64,000 nucleotides of DNA from Amphiscolops sp. MND2022. Its lineage: Eukaryota. Below, piece after piece: positions 46,758 to 58,100 of the stretch. Location: positions 68,016,001 to 68,080,000 of the forward strand of contig OZ076409.1 of assembly GCA_964187785.1 (NCBI GenBank), written 5' to 3'. The translations under genes and the position numbers were made by a program. Positions within the stretch are counted from its first letter, which is position 1, and each line of letters starts with the position of its first letter. The notes beneath the pieces were generated by a model. It searched no databases. It saw only the letters and a list, made by a program, of their open reading frames with translations, and was not told the DNA's origin.

Positions 46758-49700
46758 ATGGATTTCAAGCTTGCCCAATTCAGTGGAAAGGCAGAGGACT
46801 TCCCCGCTTGGAGCACGAAGTTTGTGGCACTCATGCAGACGAAGGGACTGTTCAGTGCTGTGATGGGTCAAGACGATACTCCAGATGAATTGGAGCAACT
46901 GGTTGACGGGGCAACTGCAGAGCAGAGTTCAGAACACGAAACCAAAGTGGCTGAGAGGGAGAAGATCATGAAGGGCATCAAGAATCGCAACAATGAAGTC
47001 TGGTGCAATCTGGTTCTGGTACTGGACAACACTACTCTGATGTGCCTTCGCAGTGACTGCTTCAATCAGAGGACTGGTTTTGGAGATGGGGCTCTGGGGT
47101 GGAAGATGCTATTGGAACGCTTCAACTCTTCTGAGAGGCCGACAGTGGTCAGTCTTGTGGGACAGCTGGCCAAACTCCGCCTGGGTCCAACCGAGAAGCT
47201 AGATGACTACTTCGTCAGAAGTCAAGAGCTGATGACCAGGCTTAGCGATGCTGGTGAACGGGTCTCGGACACACTCTTCAATGCTCTGGTGATCAATGGC
47301 CTCCCCGAGCAATACGAGCATTTTGTGGTCCAGGAGAGCTTCCAACCTGCAACAACGTTCCAAGAGCTCAGAACGAGGCTACGCAACTTCGAAGACGCGA
47401 AACGGGTGAGGCAAGAAGAGCAGCAGACTGGCAATCATGTGGCGATGCATGGGCTGAGGAGGGGCAATTCACGCGATGCGAAGAAGGGTGGTGCTGGACA
47501 CAAAGCTCAGACGAAGAAGGGCATTGACCACATTACACGCTATAGATGCAAGAAGAAGGGGCACTATCAGCGGGACTGCAAGGAACCTGAGAGCTCAAGC
47601 AGTGCAAAGACGTTTTCAGCCTCAAGGACTGGCTGGCAACGGCAACTGGAGTCCTCTTTTGTAGTGGACTCAGGTTGCACTGATCACGTGGTCTACGCTA
47701 GGTCTTTCTTCACGACGTTTGAGGCATCCAACACTGGAGAGGGTGTGGTCAACCCGAATGGCTCTCTGGCAGACGTGAAGGGCAAGGGAACTGTGGAGGC
47801 GTTCATTACTGATGTCAACGGCATTGAGCGAATGTACAAATTCCACGACGTTTTGTTCGTCCCAAGCTACAATGTGAACCTGATGAGTGTCAGTAGGGCG
47901 GAGGCGAAGGGCAACACTTTCATCTTCAAGGGTGACCAACCGGTCATTCAATGTGGTCAAGACGAAGCATTGCCGATGTGTCTTCAGGGTCAGCTCTACT
48001 ATCTTCAATGCAGATTCAGTGGCCTGGCTCGAGCACACTCAGCGAAGGAGACAAGGGATGCAACGCTCTGGCACAGACGGATGGGGCACCTAAATTTCAA
48101 CGATGTCAAGAAGGTGCACTCTGACCTCAACGGGGGCCAACGCGAAGTGTGTGAAGTGTGTTCGATGTCCAAGCTTCATGAACTACCAGTTCCAAAGCAA
48201 ACCCAGACGAGGAGCAAACACAAGGGCGAGCGGGTCTTCAGCGACATTCAAGGACCACTCGAGGTGCCCAGTTTACATGGGGCACGGTATGCACTGACGT
48301 TCATTGACGATTTCAGTCGGTATGCAGTGGTCAATTTTGTGGTGCGCAAAAGTGACACCCTTGAGTGCTTCAAAGAATACGTGGTTCGTTACGGGGCACC
48401 AACAGAACTTCGAACTGACAATGGTGGAGAATACACGTCAACAGCATTCAAGAACTACTGTAAATCAAAGGGCATACATCAGGAGCTGACGGTGCCGGGT
48501 ACCCCACAACAAAATGGAGTGGCCGAGAGATTCAACAGAGTCAGTATTGAAATGACAAGATGTTTGCTGCTTGAGGGAAAGCTGGGCAAACAATTCTGGG
48601 TCAGGGCCATGGCAACTGCCGTTTACCTACGCAACCGATGTCCAACAAGCAGCAACGATGGAAGATCACCATACGAGGTCTATTTCGGTAACAAACCAAA
48701 ATTAGATCATGTTAGGGTTTTTGGCTGCTTAGGTTATGTTCTCAAGAGGTCTGCAAAGAGGTCCAAGCTGGACAACAAGGCAACGAAGGCCAAGTTCATT
48801 GGGTACGATGACAACAGCAAGGCCTACCTCATGATGGATAGTGTGACACAGAAGGTGATCAAAGCCAGGAGTGTGACTTTCGACGAGAACAACATTCCAC
48901 TTCTGGGTGGAGGTACACCGAACGAGGAAAGTGAAATCTTCATTTCATTGAGTTTTCCTCCAAGGTCTCACGAGGACACAGTGGGGGACAACACTAAAGA
49001 AAGCGCAGAGGCCCAAGCTGCTGCAGAGGTCACTGGTGATCAAGACGAAGACAATGGTCAAACAGTTGAGGTTCAACCAGCCAACACGCGACCGAGAAGG
49101 GAAATCATGGTCCCAACGCGCTATGGTCTAGCGTACTCGCATGCTGCTGAGGCAATCTACCCTTACGAACCTGGCAGCTACAGAGAGGCAATGGCATCTC
49201 CAGAAAAGGAGAAGTGGCAGGCTGCAATGCAAGACGAATTGAATTCGCTCAACGATAATTCAACATGGACGCTAGTTGACAGGCCAAAGGATAGAAAGGT
49301 GATCTCTGGGCGATGGGTCTACAAGATCAAGACAGATGAGCAAGGAAACATCGATAAATTCAAGGCTCGCTATGTCGCGAAGGGTTTCATGCAAGTCCCG
49401 GGACTGGACTTTCACGAGACGTATGCTCCAACGTGCAAACCAGAGACGATGAGAACTTTGTTCGCACTAGCTGCTCAGTGGGGCCTAGAGCTTCATCAGA
49501 TGGACGTCAAAACGGCCTACTTGAACTCACCTTTGACAGAAACGGTCTACATGGAACAACCAGAAGGGTTCACAGAGAGCAACGACAAAGTGTGTTTACT
49601 TCAACGCAGTGTTTATGGTTTGAAGCAAGCAGGACGAGACTGGTATCAAACGCTAAGTTCTTTTTTAGAGGAAACGGGTTTCATTAGAAGCAAAAATGAT

Positions 49701-50795
49701 TTTTGTCTATTTACAAGCAGCGTGGGAGACGAATTGTGCTACGTACTGGTGTGGGTAGATGACATCATCATTGGCTGCAAGAGCAAGGGCCGCATCAACA
49801 AACTGAGAGACGACTTCAACCAACGTTTCAGAATGGACGATCGTGGGCCATTGGCGTGGTTCCTGGGCATGACAATCAAGCAACAATCCGGTGCTGTGAC
49901 TGTCAGTCAAACACAGTACATTGATGAGTGCCTCAGACGATATGGTCTAGATGACTGCAAGCCTGTGTCATCACCGGCAGATGTGAACAGTTCATTCAGT
50001 GAAGCTGATTGTCCAGAGGGTGGTTCAACAGAAGCAGCAGAAATGAAGGGCTGTGATTACCGAGGAATAGTGGGTTGTCTATTATACATAGCCAAGCAGA
50101 CTCGACCTGGAGACCTGGAGAATCCTGGCAAGGTTCACTGGATGGCTGCGAAGCGAGTGCTACGGTATCTGAAAGGAACCCGGGAGCTTGGTTTGACGTT
50201 TCGACGTGATACTAACGGGCTTCAACTTTTTGGAGCATGCGACGCGGACTGGGCCAGTGACGTCGATGACAGACGGTCAACAACTGGTTTTGCATTCATG
50301 GTCCAGAAGGAAGGGGCGGCGATCAGCTGGAACTCGAAGAAGCAACCAACAGCAGCTATTTCGAGCAGCGAGGCAGAATATCAAGCAATGGCAGCAGCGG
50401 TGCAAGAGGTTCTCTACCTGAGATCTTTATTGGAAGAGATGGGCGTCAAGTCAGAGGGAGCCACAATCATACAAGAGGACAACCAAAGCTGCATCAAGAT
50501 GTGCAAGAATCCTGTAATGCAGAAGCGAACTAAGCACATAGACATCAAACACCATTTCGTCAGAGAGAGGGTAGAGGACGGAACTGTCGAACTCCAATAC
50601 TGTGCAACGGAAGACATGTGTGCAGACCTGATGACCAAAGCTCTGGCTAAGCCAAAACTTGAAAAACACAGGGATCGACTTCTTGGCGGATACAGTCTAG
50701 AACTTCAGGAGAAGGTCAGACTGAGTGGGGGTGTTAGAAATGTCGAGCTAGATTCTTTCAAGTGTTTGAAAGAAAAAGCATACAATGAAAAGTGA
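46758..50795 (+). CDS. Copia Gag-Pol polyprotein (Gag, protease, integrase, RT, RNase H)
   Basis: 1345-aa ORF. VDSGCTDH protease, LWHRRMGH..CEVC, RTDNGGEY..QNGVAER integrase, KARYVAKGF, QMDVKTAYL, WVDD, DADWA, RTKHIDI. Copia domain order. Reads into the 3' LTR. Confidence 0.96.
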   Translation: MDFKLAQFSGKAEDFPAWSTKFVALMQTKGLFSAVMGQDDTPDELEQLVDGATAEQSSEHETKVAEREKIMKGIKNRNNEVWCNLVLVLDNTTLMCLRSDCFNQRTGFGDGALGWKMLLERFNSSERPTVVSLVGQLAKLRLGPTEKLDDYFVRSQELMTRLSDAGERVSDTLFNALVINGLPEQYEHFVVQESFQPATTFQELRTRLRNFEDAKRVRQEEQQTGNHVAMHGLRRGNSRDAKKGGAGHKAQTKKGIDHITRYRCKKKGHYQRDCKEPESSSSAKTFSASRTGWQRQLESSFVVDSGCTDHVVYARSFFTTFEASNTGEGVVNPNGSLADVKGKGTVEAFITDVNGIERMYKFHDVLFVPSYNVNLMSVSRAEAKGNTFIFKGDQPVIQCGQDEALPMCLQGQLYYLQCRFSGLARAHSAKETRDATLWHRRMGHLNFNDVKKVHSDLNGGQREVCEVCSMSKLHELPVPKQTQTRSKHKGERVFSDIQGPLEVPSLHGARYALTFIDDFSRYAVVNFVVRKSDTLECFKEYVVRYGAPTELRTDNGGEYTSTAFKNYCKSKGIHQELTVPGTPQQNGVAERFNRVSIEMTRCLLLEGKLGKQFWVRAMATAVYLRNRCPTSSNDGRSPYEVYFGNKPKLDHVRVFGCLGYVLKRSAKRSKLDNKATKAKFIGYDDNSKAYLMMDSVTQKVIKARSVTFDENNIPLLGGGTPNEESEIFISLSFPPRSHEDTVGDNTKESAEAQAAAEVTGDQDEDNGQTVEVQPANTRPRREIMVPTRYGLAYSHAAEAIYPYEPGSYREAMASPEKEKWQAAMQDELNSLNDNSTWTLVDRPKDRKVISGRWVYKIKTDEQGNIDKFKARYVAKGFMQVPGLDFHETYAPTCKPETMRTLFALAAQWGLELHQMDVKTAYLNSPLTETVYMEQPEGFTESNDKVCLLQRSVYGLKQAGRDWYQTLSSFLEETGFIRSKNDFCLFTSSVGDELCYVLVWVDDIIIGCKSKGRINKLRDDFNQRFRMDDRGPLAWFLGMTIKQQSGAVTVSQTQYIDECLRRYGLDDCKPVSSPADVNSSFSEADCPEGGSTEAAEMKGCDYRGIVGCLLYIAKQTRPGDLENPGKVHWMAAKRVLRYLKGTRELGLTFRRDTNGLQLFGACDADWASDVDDRRSTTGFAFMVQKEGAAISWNSKKQPTAAISSSEAEYQAMAAAVQEVLYLRSLLEEMGVKSEGATIIQEDNQSCIKMCKNPVMQKRTKHIDIKHHFVRERVEDGTVELQYCATEDMCADLMTKALAKPKLEKHRDRLLGGYSLELQEKVRLSGGVRNVELDSFKCLKEKAYNEK

Positions 50796-51270
50796 ACTAA
50801 CCTGCCTGACTCAAGCCGCGTAACAGTGTAAATGAATTCTCAACGAGAGTGAAATTGGACAACAACAATTGATTGACGTGAACTTAAATTAGAATGCGCC
50901 TTTTCGGTCATTTCGCAGAACTGCTGTCAATTTCACTGAAAGATACTACGTTTCATAGAATCATGTTACGTCATCACCATATATGGTACGACTCACGTCA
51001 TGGACTTCTTGGAATTTCTATGCATTTCAAGGAATCTGGCGCTACTAGTATTTTGTATGTAAATTAACCTGTTTATAGCCTTTATATACGGGGTGCTCAA
51101 CCTATTATGCATCAATTCAGATCAAATAGTATTCAATACAATATTCACTTCTACAATCATCTTCAATCGCAATCCTGCTCATAATCCTAGAAAGTGTGCG
51201 TAATTTTTTGGTACCTTACTGTAGACTAGATGTAGTAGAATACAAGATTTTTAATTCGGGAACTACCTCA

Positions 51271-51806
51271 TTAGTCAGTGCTTTCGATAGTAAACGGTAA
51301 ACGCAGACTACAGTAGTAATTTTTTAAATTTCTAGGGCCAGTGAACTGCCATATTTTGATAAGTTCAAACCTGCTTTTGGTTTTTGAGCTTTTCTGTTAA
51401 AAAAACCGTTTTCCGAATTTTAAGGGTGACATTTTTGGTTGCTTTTGGTCCTATGGGACTGATGAGGGTTTGATCCATGATAGTGGAGAAGACCTACGGC
51501 TTTTCCAGCACTGGGATTTTTTCAAAAAGTTTTTGACTTTGAAAGAGCGCTTTGCGAACTTAAATGGTCTCCTTCTGGAGTTTTTCGCCACTGTGAGATT
51601 TTCTGCAACAAATTTTTGAAGTTGTTTTGAAAAAAAAATGAGTTTTTTGATGTTTCGAGTTAGGGAAAAACTGTTTTTGAGTCTTCGGGTATTTTTGGCA
51701 CTTTAATTTTCATGATAATTTTCAGAGTAGTGTCCCTGCATAGTTATAACACTTTTTTCTCTTTGAACCTTGAGCGGGGTCGACTTGGACCAATCCTGGC
51801 TTGTTT
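51271..51806 (+). mobile_element. Degenerate family B element
   Basis: TTAGTCAGTGC start and CGACTTGGACCAATCCTGGCTTGTTT end. Confidence 0.55.
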
Positions 51807-52115
51807 TTTAACGTCCCCTGCTGACGATTAGAGTTTTTATTTTTCTTTCAACCAGTATGATGACTGGTTTCAAAGAAATTCTAGAACTTTGTTTCTGTTG
51901 GGAAACAAAAAGCATATAAATTTATTTTTAGTTTCAGAGGTCAAATCTGGAAACTGATCATAGCATTTACATTTTTCCAACTTCAATAATTCCATTATAA
52001 TGCAAGCAACCTTTGAGCTGATATTCAGGTAAAAAAATTGTAAAAATGATTTTTTGCAATAATGACGAACTGTACAGATATTAAGTGTATGAACAATTCA
52101 TTTCCAAACATTTCA

Positions 52116-55100
52116 TTAGTTGATTAATATGTACAAAGGTGGACATCGTGGAGAAAGTTGGTTTCTAATAATCCGAAGGAGGTGCTGCCATGGGCGGGAT
52201 CCCGTTGCACGTTGAGTTCTGAAAAAAACATTCAGGTGATTTTATTTCAGTTTTGAGCGACTCCTTTCAAACTGTCATTGTTAGTTTACATCAGAAGAGA
52301 AAAAGGTACACGTAGTTTAACAGACGAATCAACTTGATTCATTGTTAACAAATTGAAACTTTAGTTCGATTTCTCGAAATAATTAAACCCTAGTCGGTAA
52401 AAATACGATCTCAACTGGTCCAATTAGTAATTTACTGACGATTTTTACTTCGCTCTTTTTTCATTCAATTCTTCATTTTTTTTCACCGGAAAATCCTCTT
52501 CTAAAGTAGTAGACTTGCTGAGTTGACCAACCATTGAAATCGAATGTTTGAGTCTGTTGTTTTCGTCCTTCAGTGAATTCACCCTATCCTGTAGATGACG
52601 TAACAGCTGGATAGATGTGGCTGAATCTATGACACTGTTAACAACTTGTTTCTTGGCTGCCGTCTCGGAAGCTTCACAACTTTGATTTTGCATCGTCATT
52701 TTCTGCAAGCTGGCTTTATTAGAGACCGATTGTTGCTGGCTCTTGATTCTTTGGTGGACTTCTTTTTCAACCTAGAAAAGACATTTTAGGTTACGCGGAA
52801 AAAATCGGAAAGGAGAAACTCTTGAAAGATATGCACAGTGAGGTTAAAGTTGAGAAGTTACGCACTAGGACAAAATCAAAGCTACAGGGAGGATATAAGC
52901 AACATTATTTGGAGTTTAGAACATTTATTGGGTTGTGCTCTTTTATCTGTCATTAAGTATTGGTGTCTAAAATCCAAAACTAATTCCAACAGTTGGTAGA
53001 TTTGAGTGACAAAAATCCTGCGCTACAAATTTGAGGTGAAAGTAACAGGATTTAGGTGAACCAGTTATACAGTGAAAGTGCTCAGGGAAAAGTGATATTA
53101 GACATTACCTCGCTCATATAACCGTATTTCTGTGAAAATTAACAACATGAAAAGCAAGTTCTAGCAACCAAACCAATTCTTTCAAACATGACGCAAAACT
53201 GGTTACATACACAAGGATACTAAAAAGCTACAGAAAACTAATATCACCGGCAATCATTCTGAAAGCAAAGCGCGAAAACTTAAAGTACTGAAAGTGCGAA
53301 AAAAGTACAAACTTGCGAAAAACGTTGGCTAGACTAGAGCATTTGACACTTTTTAGTTCATTTGTTTTACTCACTTTTGAACAAAATTAAAAATTATCAT
53401 TTCCCCTATACAATCGTATGATAAGTACATAGTTGTATAATATAGAGGAATCTGGATACCCATACCCACAGAAACATTTCAAGGCATGAAGACAGAAGAT
53501 TATACAAAAGATATGAAACTAGAAAAATGACAATTTCAAACATTTTTAGCACTTTATTGGGCTATTCTCAACTTTTAAAAAAGTGTAAAAAGTAATTTGT
53601 TCGCGTTCGAACTATGTGGCTATACATGCCCACCAAAAAACGTTTAAATTGAAAATTGTTGAAATGGAAAAATGGAATTTTGGGATCTTTTCCTCGGGAA
53701 ATGAGAAACAAGACGGGAACGTCTAAAGTCGGCGCTATATCTAAGGATCAAAAAGCGCAGATTTTTCTAAATATGCCCAGGATGTATTCATGAAAAGCTT
53801 TGAAAACACTTTCGAGACACCCAAAGTGTGCCTTTCATGCTCGATATGACTGGAAATGTGCCCAGGATGTATTCATGAAAAGCTTTGAAAACACTTTCGA
53901 GACACCCAAAGTGTGCCTTTCATGCTCGATATGACTGGAAAATCACTTTTCCCGACTGGAAACAAAAAAAATTTGAAAATTTTTTTGAAAAAGATTTTTT
54001 GAAATTTTTTTTTGAAAAAAACTTCGAAAACGTCGCATAGTGCCGAAAAATGAAAAGGGGGACCCTTTGGGATTCATTAACATACTTTCTATTGCAAAAT
54101 ATCAAAAAATCCGAAGGGGGGACTCTTTTGAGACATTAAAAGTGTTCGAAAAAAAATTCACACAGTGCCGAAAAAAAATTGAAAGGGGGGACCCTTTAGA
54201 GTCTTCCGGTTTTGTAGGTTACGTAAAAAAGTAAAAAACGAAAGGGGGGACCCTTTGCAGTAAGTTTGCATTGGTCGAACTTGGCCTGAGTGAACTTATC
54301 AGTTTCTGTAAAAAGTGGTACATACGCGATGAGCTCTGTGGTCTGACGAAAAAAAAACTTGCCACTGTAATAGTCGGGCTTTTTTCCTTAAAGGAAAAGG
54401 CGCCGACTAAAAACACGTAACAGTAATTTTCCTTTCCCATTTGAAAAAATGGGCGGAAAAATACCGATATTTACTTCCTATGTAAGCAGTTTGACGATGA
54501 ACAGTTTCAAAAACGTCCTGAATTGGCTTTTAAAGAACATTTGCGAGTGATAACCAATCTAAGAATACCTTAGAGTTAAATTAAATGTCATCAGACATAT
54601 CCGAGTTTTTTTGAACAATTTTACACCTGTAGCTATCGGTGCTCTGTCTTTAGATCACGGTAGAATGTCAACACGGATAGCAGTTGCCAATTTAGTGTTT
54701 CAAACTAAGAAAACGCTAAACTCCACACTACTTCTGAAAATCTTTAACTTGAAAATCAACAGCTACAAACTAATACTTCTGTTGAAACTATTCTCACGAA
54801 GTAAAGTGTGGAAAATCAAAGTTAGTAAACACAGTTAAGGCTACAAATTCAGTGCATAATAAGTATTGAAAAATTCCATCTCCGAAAAACCAAAGTAATT
54901 CAAGTTTTTTCATTTTGTTCGATTTCAAAACAAAAGTTTCATTCCAACTTTGATCAAATTCATGGTGACTTTTGTTTCTGTGGCTTTCGTCTTATGGCTG
55001 ACAAAATTCTCGCCTCCGATTTCAGCTTTCTTGAGCTTTTGCAACCAAAGTGTATAAATGAATTCACGATCAAGCTTCAAAAATCAATTTCTGATCAGAA

Positions 55101-58100
55101 CGCTTCACGAAAATGCTACTTAGGATTTTTTTTCAGCCAGAGGAACAAAAGTCACCCTGAATTTCATCACAGTTGGAATGTTCCTTATTTCTTGAAATCC
55201 AACAGAATGAAAAAGTTATAATACTTTGCTATTTCGGAGAGGTTGGTCTTTCATGCGATAAATTTGTAGCCTTGACCATCAGAAAGTGTCAAAAAATGCG
55301 CGCGAACTCGAGCGCGAGCCTTCCAATTCTTACCTCTAGTTCGAACTGCCTGGCAAGTCTTTCGGCAGTGTCTTTCTTGAACCTCGACATTTCTGCTTTC
55401 AACTCTGAATTCGCTTTTTTCAGATCTCGGATTTCTGATCCCATATCTTCGTCGATAAGAGCCTCCTGTTTGACGAAAAAGTGTTTATTCAACAAGCTAT
55501 TAAAGCTGGCTAAAGTTTTGCATTCAATAATTACTCGGTGCTCTAGTACTGATATCAATCTTTAAATTGTTTGTACGCCCTTGGGCAACAAAAAATAATT
55601 CAATTCATTCTTAACGAAAACATGCTTAACATTAATAAATACTAGAAAAAGTTTCTCGCTAATGAAAAAGTGGGGCGATAGAATGAAATTGGATTGAAAA
55701 ACAAGTTTAGTATCTGCATGCTCCTAGGTAATCAATTACAGCATCTTCCAATTCTAACAATTTCATCTCAATCTCAAGACTCGTAAATGAATTTAAATGT
55801 GTTAAGTTTTGGAACTATTGTTTGGCTTTAAAAAATCAAATCTGAAAAAAAATTGACCTACCTGCATCTTAGTCAACTCTTTAACATGCGCGTGATGAAG
55901 TTTTTCTTTCAGGTCGTCAATTTCCCGCGTTTTCTCAATATTAAGCTCATCTCTCAGGGTTCGGATGGAAATTTCGTGTCTCTCCTTCATGTGTTGGTTC
56001 TTTAGTTTTTCGTTCTCGAAGTTATCCTTGAGTTCGTACACGAAAGTCTGAAGTTCGCTCACGCATGCTTTTAGGTTAATCAAAGCTTCAGTGGTTCCGT
56101 TGATGAGTGCATTTGTCGAATTACCTGTTGAAACTGGGGCCGATTCTTCATTCTGATTACCAGCTCGCTTCTTTTTAATTCGACTGAAATTTATGTTGAT
56201 AACTTTACAAATTCTTCGACACTCTTCGTTGAGTTCGAGCAAAACCGCTTTCTCGTGTTGCGCAACCCTTGTTTCCATTTCAACATTTTTGCTTGTCATG
56301 TTATGCTGCTGAACTTTGGTCGTCTCTAACTCGTCCTCAATCGCTCTTAACTTCTCCTGAAGCTCGAAAACTTCGCGATTGTGCTCAGAAACCAGTTGCT
56401 CTCTGAGGTTTGTCAATTCATTGGAGTGCTCGCGTTGGGTGCTTTCCCTGGCCGTGATATGAGCATCGGTTGCTTCTTTGTGAAGTTTTCGATTCTCGTT
56501 TCTCAATTCCTCAACTTCAGTTTTCAACTCCGCGCAATGTCTGTGAGACTGTTTCAAAAGATTTTTCTCATATTCGACCGCATCTTGAAGTCTCTTCACA
56601 GTTCGCGAAAGTTCATCGTCAAAGTTATCTCGCTCTCTCCTCAGAATGGTCGCTTTTTCATCATCCCAGTTTGACCTTTCATGTGCCACAGCCGTTCGAA
56701 CCTGTTCCTGGGCTTCTAATCTTAGTCTCTCTCCCAGCTCTCTAGTTGCTTCCTCTTGGGAAGCCAGTTTATTTTTCCAAAATTCGACTTCTTTCGCTTT
56801 ATCCTTCTTCATACACTCAATTTCTGAACGCAATTCACCCAGTTTACATTCATACTTTTTGTTCAAATCGGCTAGTTTACTTTGCATCTCATCGACAGCG
56901 TTTTCTTTGTCTTTGGTCCAATCATTTTCTAAGGTCTCAATTTGTTCAGCATGTCGTACTTGCAAAGCATGCATTTCTATATTGAGGTTATCATTCATGT
57001 TTTTCAATTCTTGCAAATCATTTTCTCGATCTGCAAGAAGACTTTGACATTCAACTAGCTTCTCATTTTGCTCAATTGAATGTTTTTTGAGGTTATCATG
57101 CTCTTCTGTGAGTTGAACAAGATTGTTTTTTGTGTCACTAAGTTCTCCTTTCACGAACGAATTGATTTCATTCACACTTTTCACTTTCTCTGCAAACTCT
57201 TGATCTAAATGCTCAAGTCGCATCACCAGCTCTCGGTTTGTTTCGTCATACTGACGTAATCGTTTTTCGGCTTCCGACAACTCCATGCAGAGCTCGGAGG
57301 TTCTATGTCGGAAGTCATTTTCTTGTACTCTAAGTTCGTCACGAAGGTCTGTCACTTGACGATGCATTTCGTACCTTTCGAATTGGCTAATTTCGCCTTT
57401 ATGCAACGCTTCTTTGAGGAGATTATTTTCCTCAATAAGGTTCATTACCTGTTGGGTTCCCATTTCCAACTGGTTGTTATAGCTCTCTCGCGCTTCTATC
57501 AGATCTTTTTTGACCCTCTCAATTTCTCCCTCCATTTTCGCTTTTTCTTCTTTGAGTAACTCCAAACTATGCTTATCATTTTTCATCACCAATTTTTGTT
57601 TTCTGATCTCTGAATCATTTTCTCGAATTTCATCCTCCTGTGACGATTTCTTCACTTGTAACTCTGAAAATTCCTTCATGACACTTTGCTTTTTGCTCAG
57701 TATATTTTGCACCTCACGGTCTAAATCCTTCAGTTTCTCCATACTTCGTTCGGCTTCCCGCTGAATCACGTTGGTCGCGGGTTGATTCACGAAATGATTA
57801 CTGGGACCTTGTTGTGAGCTCCTAGGGGTACTCAAGCTAACAGACGTGTTACTACCTGCTAAGTCCTTCCGGTTTCGGTCGTTGTTGGCGTAAGAATTTG
57901 ACATGCGACTTGTTTCCATTTCAAGCTTAATCCTCGCAGCTTCCGCTTTGATGAACTCGATTTCTTTCTCAGTAGCTGACCCAACTTCGGAAGGCTCGTA
58001 ACTTCGAGGAACAAATTCCGCAAAACGGGAATTGGGGTTTCCCCCACTTTTGGAACTTCGTTTGGCGTTATTAACAGCCGGTTGACTTTGGCTTCTAGAG

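Larger units (their letters stand above)
46212..51191 (+). mobile_element. Full-length Ty1/Copia LTR retrotransposon
   Basis: 460-bp LTRs at 46212-46671 and 50732-51191 (two differences seen), 5-bp TSD AAGTG, PBS GGTTATGGGCCCAG, PPT GAGTGGGGG. Confidence 0.97.
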
